Assembly: GCA_963850515.1 (NCBI GenBank)
Contig: CAWKMH010000033.1
Coordinates: forward strand, 3,665-67,664
DNA from: an uncultured beta proteobacterium
Lineage (GTDB): Bacteria; Pseudomonadota; Gammaproteobacteria; Burkholderiales; Nitrosomonadaceae
DNA: 64,000 bases
Direction of reading: 5' to 3'
Numbering within the stretch: position 1 is the stretch's first letter; each line of letters starts with the position of its first letter. Below the pieces are notes generated by a model that saw nothing but the letters and a program-made list of their open reading frames with translations, was not told the DNA's origin and searched no databases. The position numbers were made by a program, and so were the translations under genes. Below, piece after piece: positions 13,438 to 24,655 of this stretch.

Positions 13438-15452
13438 TTAAATAACGCTGTTCACCGCTTTTACCACGTTCTCGACGGTGAAACCGAAGTGCTTGAACAG
13501 ATCGCCCGCGGGAGCGGATTCGCCAAATGTATCCATGCCGACCACTGCGCCTTCGAGTCCGACATATTTACGCCAGTAATCGGTAACGCCCGCCTCCACC
13601 GCAACGCGGCCCACGCCCTTCGGCAATACGCTGTTTTTGTAGGACGGATCCTGGCGATCAAAAAGATTCGTGCATGGCATCGAGACCACGCGCACGTGGA
13701 TACTCGTTTCGGCCAACGCCTTTTGTGCCATCATCGCCAATCCCACTTCGGAGCCGGTAGCGATAATGATTGCCCGTGGCTTGCCGTCCGCAGCTTCGGA
13801 CAGGATATAACCGCCCTTGTCGATCAATTTGATGGTGGCGGCATCACGTTTCTGGAATGGCAGATTCTGGCGGCTGAAAATAAGTATTGATGGACCGTCC
13901 CTGCGTTCAATCGCTCGCGCCCAGGATACGGTTGATTCAACCGTATCGCATGGCCGCCATACATCCATGTTGGGAATATAACGTAACGTCGCCGTCTGCT
14001 CTACCGGCTGGTGCGTGGGGCCATCTTCGCCTAACCCGATCGAATCGTGCGTGTATACGAACAGATTGCGAATTTTCATCAGGGCCGCCATGCGGAGCGC
14101 ATTGCGAGCATATTCCGAAAACATGAGGAAAGTGGCGCCGTAAGGGATGATGCCCCCATGCAGCGACAGCCCGTTCATTATCGCGCTCATGCCGAATTCA
14201 CGAACGCCGTAATAGATATAGTTGCCTCCGGCATCGCGGCCGATACCTTTCGAATTCGACCAGAGGGTAAGGTTGGATCCGGCCAGATCTGCGGAACCTC
14301 CAACCAGTTCGGGCAATTGCGGTGCCAGACCTTCAATGGCGTTCTGCGAAGCCTTACGGCTGGCGATAGTTTCTTCCTTGGCGTTCACGCGCGCGATCAG
14401 CGCGTCCACATGTTTACCCCAATCTTCAGGTAATTGACCCGATATCCGTCGTGTAAACTCGGCGGCCTCGGCAGGGTATTTCTCGGCATACTCGGCAAAC
14501 TTGCGATTCCATGCCTCCTCCAGCTTTGCACCTTTCGCGCGGGCGTCCCACATTTCATAAACATCCTGGGGGATTTCGAATGGCGGATGGTTCCATCCGA
14601 TATGAGGACGGGCTGCGGCTATTTCCGCGGTCCCCAGTGCGGCACCGTGAACCTCGTGAGTATCGGCTTTATTGGGGGAACCCATGCCGATCACTGTTTT
14701 ACAGCAGATCATCGAGGGCCGGTCACCTGCCTGCTTGGCGGCCTCTATGGCGGCCTCTATGGCCACCGGATCGTGACCGTTGACGTTGGGCACCACGTGC
14801 CAGCCGTAAGCCTCGAACCGCTTCGGTGTATCATCGGTGAACCAGCCTTCCACATGCCCGTCTATGGAAATGCCGTTATCGTCGTAAAAACAGATCAGCT
14901 TGCCCAGCCCCAGCGTACCGGCCAATGAGCAGGCTTCATGGGAAATACCTTCCATCAGGCAACCGTCGCCCAGAAATACGTAGGTGTGGTGGTTGACAAT
15001 GTCAAAACCGGGACGGTTGAAATCAGCGGCAAGTATTTTTTCTGCCAGCGCCATGCCCACTGCATTGGTGAGTCCCTGTCCCAGAGGACCGGTGGTGGTT
15101 TCCACCCCCGGTGTGTACCCATACTCGGGATGCCCGGGGTTTTGGAGTGGAGCTGGCGGAAGTGCTTGATTTCCTCCATCGGCAAGTCATAGCCGGTGAG
15201 GTGCAGCAAGGCGTAAATCAACATCGAGCCGTGCCCGTTGGATAACACGAACCGATCTCTGTCAGACCATTTGGGATTCGCAGGATTGTGACGCAGATGA
15301 TGAATCCATAATACCTCAGCTATTTCAGCCATGCCCATGGGCATGCCAGGGTGGCCCGAATTGGCTTTTTGCACAGCATCCATGGCCAATGCACGGATGG
15401 CGCTGGTCAGGTCTTTGAACACCGGCGCGTCAAAATCTCTAAATGCTCCCAT
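13438..15452 (-). CDS. tkt: Transketolase (one frameshift)
   Basis: [32 protein letters not shown] and [15 protein letters not shown]. Confidence 0.96.
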
Positions 15453-15708
15453 GAATACGGACTCCCTCGCTCAACAGATATATGTAGGATACAAAAACAC
15501 CGCTCCCCTAACCCGGGTAGCGGTGCGGGTCGGCAAAACCAATATTATCGCTTAAGATACGATGTCAGACAACATGACAAATCTCGGGCTGTCCATATCG
15601 GATGTGTTCGCGCTCCAGTAATCAGGAAATGAGGCCGGATGATCCTGGCTTGGTCGCATTATCAAGTTGCTGATTACGGAAATACCGGCACCTCATCATT
15701 TTTCGGTA

Positions 15709-16959
15709 TCAGTTATTCCGCAGTTTTATGCCCAGCAGTTTAAGTTTGCGGTAAAGATGCGTGCGCTCCAGCCCGGCTCGCTCGGCAACCCGGGTCATAT
15801 TGCCATTTTCCTGATCGATGAGTTGTTCAAAATACACTTTCTCGAACATATCGCGTGCTTCCCGTAACGGCATATTCAACGGGACACCAGCGACCGATTG
15901 TGCCGGCGATGACGATGCCAGTATTTGCTTCACATCATCTGCCGATATTTCATCGCCGGCACTGGTTAACGCAAGGGAATGCACTGCGCCGGTCAGTTGC
16001 GCAAGATTGCCGGGCCAGTCGTGGTTCCGTAAGCAGTTGAGCGCAGCGGTGCTGAATTGCCGCAAGGGCACTTCGCCTGATTCAATATAGCGCGAGAGTA
16101 TCTGGGCCGCGAGCTCGGGGATGTCTTCCCGATGTTCCCTCAGCGCGGGAACATTGATGCAAAGACCGCTCAATTGCTCATACAACCTCGGCTCATAGAC
16201 ACCTTGCGCGGCGAGCCCCGCCAATGGTGTTGTGGTAACGCATACGAGCCGGACACTATATTTTTCGAGTTTGCCCAACAGTAGAAGCAGTCCTTTTTGC
16301 GACAACCTGTTGAGGTCTCCTATCTCCTTGAGAAACAGCAATCCGCCTTTTGCCTGTTCAAGCAAATCCAACGGAGCATTCGCCAGAGCGGAGAGCGTAT
16401 CGGGCTCCACCCAGGGCGTGTTGGGACGATGCAAAAAGCGGGCGCATAGATCCACCCCAGTTCCGGGTTCACTGGTGAGCAGCAGCGGTGCGCGCAAGTT
16501 GACGACCTGTTCCAGCCGTTTTTTCAGATCTGCGATCAAAGGTCCCCTGCCTAAGCTGGCGAGGGGAAGCATTATGCTCGGTTTGACCTGCCCTCCGCGC
16601 AGCGCGCGCCCCACTGTGCTCAAAAGTTTTTGCAGCGGCACCGGTTTCTCGAGGTAGCCGGCTGCGCCCATGCGCGTGGCCTCTACCGCGGTGTCTATGG
16701 TCCCGTGCCCGGACATCATCACTACCGGCATGGTGAGCAGCCCGCCGCTGGCCCATTCTTTCAGCAGGGTGATCCCATCGGTATCCGGCATCCATATATC
16801 CAGCAGTACGAGGTCGGGCCGTGTTTGTTTGCGCCAGTTGCGCGCTTGACCTGCATTTTCCGCGAGGGCCACGCGATAACCTTCGTCCCGTAAAATTTCG
16901 GACAAGAGCTCGCGTATGCCGATTTCATCATCAACAACAAGTATGGTGTTATTGCTCAT
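15709..16959 (-). CDS. ntrX: NtrX-like response regulator (REC + degenerate AAA+ + Fis HTH)
   Basis: ILVVDDE, LLDIWMP, WPGN and ERTHLYRKL; lies downstream of ntrY. Confidence 0.88.
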   Translation of the reverse strand: MSNNTILVVDDEIGIRELLSEILRDEGYRVALAENAGQARNWRKQTRPDLVLLDIWMPDTDGITLLKEWASGGLLTMPVVMMSGHGTIDTAVEATRMGAAGYLEKPVPLQKLLSTVGRALRGGQVKPSIMLPLASLGRGPLIADLKKRLEQVVNLRAPLLLTSEPGTGVDLCARFLHRPNTPWVEPDTLSALANAPLDLLEQAKGGLLFLKEIGDLNRLSQKGLLLLLGKLEKYSVRLVCVTTTPLAGLAAQGVYEPRLYEQLSGLCINVPALREHREDIPELAAQILSRYIESGEVPLRQFSTAALNCLRNHDWPGNLAQLTGAVHSLALTSAGDEISADDVKQILASSSPAQSVAGVPLNMPLREARDMFEKVYFEQLIDQENGNMTRVAERAGLERTHLYRKLKLLGIKLRNN

Positions 16960-17064
16960 AATTCAGAAAATCAATAATACGTCGATTGTGGTGGAATTCA
17001 GAGCTGCCGATGTCCAGGTTACGAATTATCAATGGATACTCGTCGGCATGTTCGGTTCCTTTAT

Positions 17065-17195
17065 CCTAAATCCGGTAGTTGGACGGATTCACCCCGTAGC
17101 GCCCTCACCCGGAAGGTGAGCGTCAAATAATATGGAATATTGTTATTAATCATAACACTGATCTACTAAATGAGCGGTCAACTACCGGATTTAGG
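17065..17195. mobile_element. 131-bp MITE with IS1380-like termini and 5-bp target duplication
   Basis: Perfect 17-bp TIR CCTAAATCCGGTAGTTG / CAACTACCGGATTTAGG, flanked on both sides by TTTAT. Confidence 0.8.
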
Positions 17196-17210
17196 TTTAT
17201 GGCTGGTTAA

Positions 17211-19382
17211 TCATGTGGCTGTTCGATAAGCCCTCAAATTGTCTTTCCCCGCAATCGGCAGAATCAGTGATATGCATGCCCCATGGGGTCGAATATTTTC
17301 AATTTGAATGATGCCGCTGTGTTCCTCGACTATTTTTTTGACAATGGGCAGCCCCAGCCCTGTGCCTTTGGACTTGGTGGTAACGTATGGCTCGAACGCT
17401 CGAGCCCTGACTTGTTCGGGAAAGCCTCCGCCGTTATCGCTTACGCTAAACCGTACACCGCCGGATGCGATTTCAGTACGTACCATGATCGCAGGTTCTG
17501 CAACACCGATCAGCGTATCCAGCGCGTTCTGCAGCAGATTATGGATAACCTGGCGAAGCCGGGCGGAATCACCTCTCACCATCGGCAAGTCAGGAGCCAG
17601 GGCCAGATAAATATGTGGTTGGGGATTATCGGGTGCTGCGGCGCTTGCGGCTTCATATAGTGCGAGCACTTCCCGCACCAGTCCGTTAAAGTCCAGCAGA
17701 TGAAATTCCAGTTCGGGCGCTCTTGCATACTCACTGAATTCATTGACCATTTTTTTTAATGCTTCCACCTGGTTGACGATAGTCTCAGTGGATCGTCGCA
17801 AGATTTGCGCATCATCGTTATCCAGCTTCCGGGCGAGTTTGTGCTGCATGCGTTCGGCGGAAAGTTGTATCGGCGTCAGCGGGTTTTTGATTTCATGGGC
17901 CAGACGCCGTGCTACTTCTCCCCAAGCGGCCGTGCGCTGAGCCTGCAATAAATTGGTTACGTCGTCAAAGACGACGACACCTCCACCGCCCGAAACAGAT
18001 GGCAGGCGTGTGCCGCGTAACAGCAGAACCTGGTTGGCCCCATCCCTCGATCGTTCCAGTTGGCACTGCCACTCGCCCTTTTTACCCGAACGAAATCCTT
18101 CAAGAATCTCGTTTTTGAAAGAACTCAATTGAGGTTCACGCGTTGCGCATTCTTCAATGGTCAACCCCTCGAGACCCGATAGCGAAACATTCAGGATTTG
18201 TCCCGCGCTCAGATTTGCCGTACGCATGCGCAAGTTTTCGTCAAACACCAGAACGCCGGACGAAAGATTGGACAGTACGTTTTCCAGGTAAGCCCTGGCG
18301 CTCTCGACTTCTTGCTGATGACGGTGAGCGGTCGTGCGGGCTTCTTCCAACTGCTGAGTCATGAGATTGAACGATTCGGTCAGTACGCCCAATTCATCCC
18401 GGCTCTGTACTGGGTGGCGTCTGCTGAAGTCACCCTGGGCCACGGCGCGGGTACCTTCAGCCAGCATGCCCAATGGCGCACTCAGCCGTTCGCTGATAAG
18501 AAACGCGGCAGCCAAAGCAGAGAAAAGCGAGAGCAACAGCGCGATTGTAAGCGTTACACCGTATAGACTTTTCAATCCTTCACGAGATAGCAGCAGTTCC
18601 TGGTAATCGCGATACGCAGCCTGCACTATTTCCGCATCATCACCCAGTTGTTTCGGTACCTGCTGCAGCAGTTGCAAGATTTGGATATCTCCTTCCATGC
18701 CTGGTGCGTCAATCGATACTAGTGCCTTCAAATACAAACCTTTGCCGGGAATAGACTCAACCGTGCCGTACCATTTCTCCGCTTTCACCTGGGACATCAC
18801 GGCTGCACTAGGCGTTTCGGGAACCGGCCCCGTTCCATCAGTCCGTAAAAAAGCGATCACGCTGCCGTCGTGATTAAACAGCGTCGCTTCCTGCACCTGT
18901 GATTGCTTCACGAGGTGGTCTAGCGTCGGCAATGGGGAATCGGGCTGCTCGGATAATGCAAGTGCAGCTGCGTGGGCCTTGCTGCGGAGATCCTCAAGAA
19001 GATTGTCGAGGATCGTGCGCCCCAGATTCAAGCCGCCTTCGAGCGCTCGATCCACTTTGACGTCGAACCAGGATTCGATGCTTTTCCCCAGAAATTGTAC
19101 CGATATGCCATACACCAGCGCACCCGGAAGAATCGCCATCAGCGAGAAAATCAGCAACAGGCGCAGTGCTAATCTGGAGCCGAACACGCCGGCGTTAAGC
19201 CGGCGCCGGAGTCTCCATAGCAGATACCCCACCACCGCCATGAGAAACAGGAGGAAACCGACATTGAGCCTGATCAGAAGCCGGTATTTGCGGTCAAAAA
19301 GCCCGGTATCGGCGCCTGCAGTCGCAAGCAGGAACAGCATGACTGCGCCTAGCGCCGCAGCGATGAAAATAACGTATTTCAC
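17211..19382 (-). CDS. ntrY: NtrY-like sensor histidine kinase (HAMP-PAS-HisKA-HATPase)
   Basis: AWGEVARRLAHEIKNPLTPIQLSAER and TTKSKGTGLGL. Confidence 0.9.
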   Translation of the reverse strand: MKYVIFIAAALGAVMLFLLATAGADTGLFDRKYRLLIRLNVGFLLFLMAVVGYLLWRLRRRLNAGVFGSRLALRLLLIFSLMAILPGALVYGISVQFLGKSIESWFDVKVDRALEGGLNLGRTILDNLLEDLRSKAHAAALALSEQPDSPLPTLDHLVKQSQVQEATLFNHDGSVIAFLRTDGTGPVPETPSAAVMSQVKAEKWYGTVESIPGKGLYLKALVSIDAPGMEGDIQILQLLQQVPKQLGDDAEIVQAAYRDYQELLLSREGLKSLYGVTLTIALLLSLFSALAAAFLISERLSAPLGMLAEGTRAVAQGDFSRRHPVQSRDELGVLTESFNLMTQQLEEARTTAHRHQQEVESARAYLENVLSNLSSGVLVFDENLRMRTANLSAGQILNVSLSGLEGLTIEECATREPQLSSFKNEILEGFRSGKKGEWQCQLERSRDGANQVLLLRGTRLPSVSGGGGVVVFDDVTNLLQAQRTAAWGEVARRLAHEIKNPLTPIQLSAERMQHKLARKLDNDDAQILRRSTETIVNQVEALKKMVNEFSEYARAPELEFHLLDFNGLVREVLALYEAASAAAPDNPQPHIYLALAPDLPMVRGDSARLRQVIHNLLQNALDTLIGVAEPAIMVRTEIASGGVRFSVSDNGGGFPEQVRARAFEPYVTTKSKGTGLGLPIVKKIVEEHSGIIQIENIRPHGACISLILPIAGKDNLRAYRTAT

Positions 19383-20005
19383 GGCCTGCTGTTATCTTGA
19401 AGCTTTGGCATGGGCAGTTTCGTATTCCATCGCAGCAGGCCGGAGCTCAGATCCCACTCTCTCGACCCGAGCGTCTCTACCTGAAACGGTTTAGGCAAAG
19501 CCGATATGTCGAGCCGCATGCGCAATTCCACTGTATATTCCACATCGTGCCTTAATTCGGAACTGGCAATGATGGGTCGGTCGCGCACTCGACTCAAGGC
19601 CTGCAAGGCTTCCCTCAGCGTGCCGAAATTCTGCGATAACGTACCGCGACTCAAACGGTATTGACGAGTGAGCGCATAATAACTCAGCCCTTCACGAACC
19701 CTGCTCTGGGCAATTCGCTCGTCCAGCCAGTACCAGCGTGAATTCACCAGGTTAAGCTCCGTTACAAAATAAAGCACGATGCCTTTCTCGAGTGCATTTT
19801 CCAGCTTATGATTGAGCGTTATCTCGAAATCGGCGTCAAACTGATAACCTTCCTCAGTGGCTTCGAGCGTTACCGACGTTATCTGTATGCCACCGTCCGC
19901 ATGCGCTGCAGCCGCCGGCAGCAGCGCCGCAGTCAGCAGTGCCATTGCGGTCACGCACACGCACAGCAGCCGCGCAAATAGATCAGGCTTTGTGAAGCAG
20001 GGCAT
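19379..20005 (-). CDS. DUF4390 domain exported protein
   Basis: Signal peptide, RWYWLDE, LSYYALTRQYRL and LPKPFQV; sits in the conserved rsmB-DUF4390-ntrY order. Confidence 0.85.
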   Translation of the reverse strand: MPCFTKPDLFARLLCVCVTAMALLTAALLPAAAAHADGGIQITSVTLEATEEGYQFDADFEITLNHKLENALEKGIVLYFVTELNLVNSRWYWLDERIAQSRVREGLSYYALTRQYRLSRGTLSQNFGTLREALQALSRVRDRPIIASSELRHDVEYTVELRMRLDISALPKPFQVETLGSREWDLSSGLLRWNTKLPMPKLQDNSRP

Positions 20006-21266
20006 AAAAAAAACCGTCGTGATGGGAATCCGGCAATAATTGCCCGTCAATTGCTTCAACCCCCGAAATAGGTACCAGGCGGGCATCTGCGTGGTGGCGC
20101 AAGAAATTTTCTACCTGCAGTTCATTTTCCTCGGTAAATACCGAACAGGTGGCGTAGAGCAATTTACCACCCCTAGCCAGAATCTGCCAAAGGGCATCCA
20201 GAATTTCCCTCTGCTTCGCAACAAATTGAAAAAGATCGCTTTCACGCCTCAGCCATTTAATGTCCGGGTGACGTCGCGTCACGCCCGAAGCAGAGCAGGG
20301 AACGTCAGCCAGAATGCGGTCGAACAGCCTTTCGTCCCACCACTCCGCCGGCTGAGATGCGTTGCCATGAATGATATGATTGGCCTTGAGATCCAGTCGT
20401 GTAAAATTTTGTGTTATGCGCGCGACGCGCACGATGTCATTGTCGACCGCGGTCAATTCTATGTCCGCCAGCTCCAGCAAATGTGCGCTTTTGCCGCCGG
20501 GCGCTGCACAGGCATCCAAAACACGCATGCGATCGTGTACATCCAGTAACCGCGCCGCCAGTTGCGCGCCCGCGTCCTGAACCGATATCAAACCCTCGGC
20601 AAATCCGGGCAATCGGTCCACCGCCACCGGTTGCCTCAGCTCGAGCGCATCATTTCCTGCCGGACATGCGTCCATGCCACTTTGGCTGAGGAGATCTTGA
20701 TATTCCGCCATCATGATCCTTCGCCGATTGACTCTCAGAGTCATGGGGGGCCGTTTATTACTGTTCTCCAATACCGCCTCGTAGTTTTGAGGATATTGCG
20801 CGCGAAGTTTATCTATCCACCATTGCGGGTGGGAATACCGCCCTACCTCATTTTCAGCTACACGCTCGAGCAGAGCTGAGCGGTTACGTATGAAGTTGCG
20901 CAATACGGCATTGACAAGCCCTTGTACCCCCCGAGCACCCTTGCCACTGAGGGTGCGAGAAACTGACACAGCATTATCCACAACCGCATGCGGGGCGGTC
21001 TTGCTGTATTCCAGTTGATATAATCCCACCAGTAATAAACAACGCAGATTCTGGTCCTTCAGCGGCTTTTTCAGCAATAAGCCAAGCAATACGTCGAGTT
21101 GGCCATAAAAGCGCAGTACGCCATAGCTTAAATCCTGAATTGCTCCACGCTGTTGAGCAGAGAGATCGGCATGGTTACGCCAGACATCCTGCAGCATGGC
21201 TGTCAGGCTCGAGCCTGACAGTACCTTTGCCACAATTGCGGCAGCCAAACGCTGAGTTTTGGTCAT
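19983..21266 (-). CDS. rsmB: 16S rRNA m5C967 methyltransferase
   Basis: NusB-like N-terminus, VLDACAAPGGKS, DVPCSASG..RRHPDIKW and YATCS. Confidence 0.95.
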   Translation of the reverse strand: MTKTQRLAAAIVAKVLSGSSLTAMLQDVWRNHADLSAQQRGAIQDLSYGVLRFYGQLDVLLGLLLKKPLKDQNLRCLLLVGLYQLEYSKTAPHAVVDNAVSVSRTLSGKGARGVQGLVNAVLRNFIRNRSALLERVAENEVGRYSHPQWWIDKLRAQYPQNYEAVLENSNKRPPMTLRVNRRRIMMAEYQDLLSQSGMDACPAGNDALELRQPVAVDRLPGFAEGLISVQDAGAQLAARLLDVHDRMRVLDACAAPGGKSAHLLELADIELTAVDNDIVRVARITQNFTRLDLKANHIIHGNASQPAEWWDERLFDRILADVPCSASGVTRRHPDIKWLRRESDLFQFVAKQREILDALWQILARGGKLLYATCSVFTEENELQVENFLRHHADARLVPISGVEAIDGQLLPDSHHDGFFYALLHKA

Positions 21267-22198
21267 TCGCAGCTTTCAAAGCGATCGCCTGGCCGCAATG
21301 AATGACCCGAGAGAAATTCCGGGGACGCTCAGCTTTTTTCCACCCGATTTCTGCACGATTTCCAGTACGAGCGAACCCTTGCCACATCCCACCACAATGC
21401 CGTCGCGTCTTACTGCAACAATTTCACCTGGTTTGCCGGACACATCCGCGGCCACAGCGGCACGCCATATTTTCAAGGGCATTCCACACACCCGGGAATG
21501 TGCGCCAGGACGGGGATTGAATGCCCGCACTGTACGGCTGATATTTTCGGCGCTCAAGCACCAGTTAATTTCAGTTTCGTCTTTTTCCAGTTTGGGTGCG
21601 TAGGTGACGTCAGCTTCATTCTGAGGAATGGCAAAAAGTTTTTTCTGGTCCAGACAGCCCAGCGCCTCTACGATGCAGCGTGCCCCCAGCAGGGAGAGCC
21701 TGTCGTGCAGAGTCTGGGTGGTGTCATCCTGTTCGATTGCGATACCTCTCCGCAATAAAATGGCACCGGTATCCAGGCCCCGGTCCATTTGCATGATCGT
21801 GATTCCAGTTTCGCGATCGCCTGCCAATATTGCCCGCTGGATAGGCGCAGCACCTCGCCATCTCGGCAGTAACGAGGCGTGGATGTTCAGACAGCCAAAC
21901 CTTGGAATGCTCAACACAGAAAAGGGCAGGATCAGGCCATAAGCCGCAACAACCAGATATCGGCATCGATGGCTTCCAGTTGTGCTTGCAACTCGGGTTG
22001 CTTGAGCGAGTGTGGCTGCAACAAGGCAAGGTTTCGCTGCTGCGCCAGCGACTTGATTATGCCTGAGGTGGTTTTCATGCCGCGTCCCGCGGGACGATCA
22101 GGTTGGGTCAATACCAATGCAATTTCATGCCCGGCGTCTGCCAGGGCTTCAAGAGCAGGGGCGGCAAACGAGGGCGTGCCGGCAAAAATAATTCTCAT
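21263..22198 (-). CDS. fmt: Methionyl-tRNA formyltransferase (frameshifted)
   Basis: MRIIFAGTPSFA, TQPDRPAGRG and NIHASLLPRWRGAAPIQRA. Confidence 0.94.
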
Positions 22199-22301
22199 CG
22201 AAAATACACGAATTTACCCGGCGAAAGGCTGTTATCGCTTCGCTTCCTGATCCAGAGATTCCTTGGTTTTCCACGTATTTGCCGATAATGGAAACTCGAT
22301 G

Positions 22302-22805
22302 TCACATCACTTTTCGACGCTGCTTCTTGAATTTGGACTGAATACGCAATTGCTTCATTCGCGACCAGTACTCGACAAATACTTTGCCTGACAAATGATC
22401 CATCTCATGCTGAATGCACACGGCCAGCAAGCCGTCTGCCTCAAGCGTAAATGGATTTCCATCTCGATTCAGCGCCTCGATGGTGACCTGCTCCGCACGT
22501 TGTACCTTTCCAAATACGCCCGGTACCGACAGGCAACCTTCTTCATAGTCAGACTCACCACTATGCGCGATGATTTCAGGATTGATCAGCACATGCAACT
22601 GATCATGTGTATCGGAAATATCGATCACGATGATACGCTGATGCACATCAACCTGGGTCGCCGCAAGGCCAATGCCGGGGGCTGCATACATGGTTTCCGC
22701 CATATCCTGCACAAAAGCACGAGTTTCCTCAGTAACTTCCGATACACGGCCGGCAACTGTATGCAATCGCTCATCCGGATACTGCAATATTTTTAGAAGT
22801 GCCAT
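22302..22805 (-). CDS. def: Peptide deformylase
   Basis: [13 protein letters not shown] and QHEMDH motifs. Confidence 0.97.
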   Translation of the reverse strand: MALLKILQYPDERLHTVAGRVSEVTEETRAFVQDMAETMYAAPGIGLAATQVDVHQRIIVIDISDTHDQLHVLINPEIIAHSGESDYEEGCLSVPGVFGKVQRAEQVTIEALNRDGNPFTLEADGLLAVCIQHEMDHLSGKVFVEYWSRMKQLRIQSKFKKQRRKVM

Positions 22806-23321
22806 AAACGGGGCGAATCTTGAACGTTAACAGTCGAAATGCAAATTCAACCATATTGTTGCGATGTCGCATCACAACCTCTATAGGTAAGAGAAGGGTT
22901 TCCCGAATTCGATGCAGAGGTGCATTATATCCTGATTTGGGTAGGAAATTCGGTTTCCAGCGCTTGACCGCTTTCCGATGGCAATATGAGGAACATCGGC
23001 GATAATCTGTCTCCCTTTCAAAAGATGATCTGACGGGAGCGCTGCCATCTCAGCTCGGAAACCATGGTTTTTCAGCATGCAGAAATACGGTCAACTCGCT
23101 AATCGCGGACGAGAAACGGTACACTGATGCGATGCGTCAAAAATGACGGGGTTGTCGCCGTATCGGGTTGCTCGAGTGTATACGAATAACTATGCACGCC
23201 TCGTGCCTCGTGCTTCGCCTGACCTCAATTAGTCATTTTTAACGTTCCGCCATGGTTTATTATTTAAATCTGCTATACAACGCAACGGTATCTCTGTCTT
23301 ATCACGTTCAAAAATGATGAA

Positions 23322-24402
23322 ATGAAACCCATGCAGGAAATAGAGTCATGGCTCGCCCTTGGATTGGTTGATGGCCTCGGCGGCGAATCGATGCGGCGCT
23401 TGTTGAGAGCGTTCAGTACTCCTGCTGAAATCTTTTCCGCAAATATCACCGCGCTGGAGCGCGTGGTAAAAAGAAAGGTGGCGTATAACATTGTTCAGGG
23501 GGTAGACCAAAAAAGAATAGCTGCCACCCTCAAATGGCTGGAGGAGCCAGGCGAATTCGATTATTACACTGGCAGATCGCGATTATCCGTCGCTGCTACT
23601 GAACATACCGGATCCTCCCCCGCTTCTCTATTTCAAGGGAAGGCGTGAATTGCTGAATTCGCATACCTTGGCCATTGTGGGTAGCCGCAATGCGACGCCT
23701 CAAGGTCTTGCCAACGCCGAGGCTTTTGCCGAAGCGCAAGTAACGCCGGTCTGTGCATTGCAAGCGGCATGGCATCCGGAGTGGACGCTGCGGCACACCG
23801 TGGCGGGTTACGTGGTAGCGCCGCCAGCATTGCGGTAGTGGGAACCGGCCTGGATATCGTGTATCCAGCCCGTAATCGCGAACTCGCTCATGAATTGGCG
23901 GAAAAGGGCGCACTTATTTCCGAGTTTCCATTGGGCACGCCTGCCATTGGCAGCAATTTTCCGCGCCGCAATCGCATTATCAGCGGCATGAGTCGCGGCT
24001 GCCTCGTGGTGGAGGCCGCGTTGCGAAGTGGCTCGCTCATTACCGCGAGGCAGGCATTGGAGCAGGGTCGAGAGGTATTCGCCGTTCCCGGTTCGATTCA
24101 TTCGCCTCTATCGAAAGGTTGTCACGCACTCATCAAGGAAGGCGCGAAACTGGTCGAAAGCGCCGATGACATTCTGTGTGAGTTCGGTTTTGGCTCATAC
24201 AAAGTGCCATGCTTGATGCTGATGGACCGAAGGGCGAAGAATCGGTGCTACTGGCGCATCTCGGCCATGACATCACCAACATCGATACCTTGTGGTTCGG
24301 AGCGGCTTGACGGTAGAAATGGTATCAGCGATGCTATTGGCGTTTGAATTGGATGGCGTTGTTGCGAGTCTGCCGGGTGGGCGCTACCAGCGGCTTCGGT
24401 AG
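23322..24402 (+). CDS. dprA: DNA-processing protein DprA (frameshifted)
   Basis: AIVGSR, NFPRRNRIISG, VVEAALRSGSLITA and GREVFAVPGSIHSP. Confidence 0.92.
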
Positions 24403-24655
24403 ATCGCCGCGACATGTGGCCATATAGTTATCTATAATAAAAAAACAACTGAGCCGCAGACGATGATAGAAGAGATAATTTGTAACGTCAGCAAAAGTAG
24501 GCTGGTACACAGGTGGCGGCAGGTGTTATGTCACGGCTGAGCTTTCCTGCTATCCGGCAGGTTTATTATCATACGTGTTGATCGCGCAGTGGCCCAGGGG
24601 TTTATCCCCACCTGTCGCACTTGCTAAATAATTCGCGAATGTTCACTGGAGTTTC

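Noticed and set aside
15709-16959. NtrX lacks GAFTGA and has a degenerate Walker A
   Set aside because: This is a normal feature of betaproteobacterial NtrX-like regulators.
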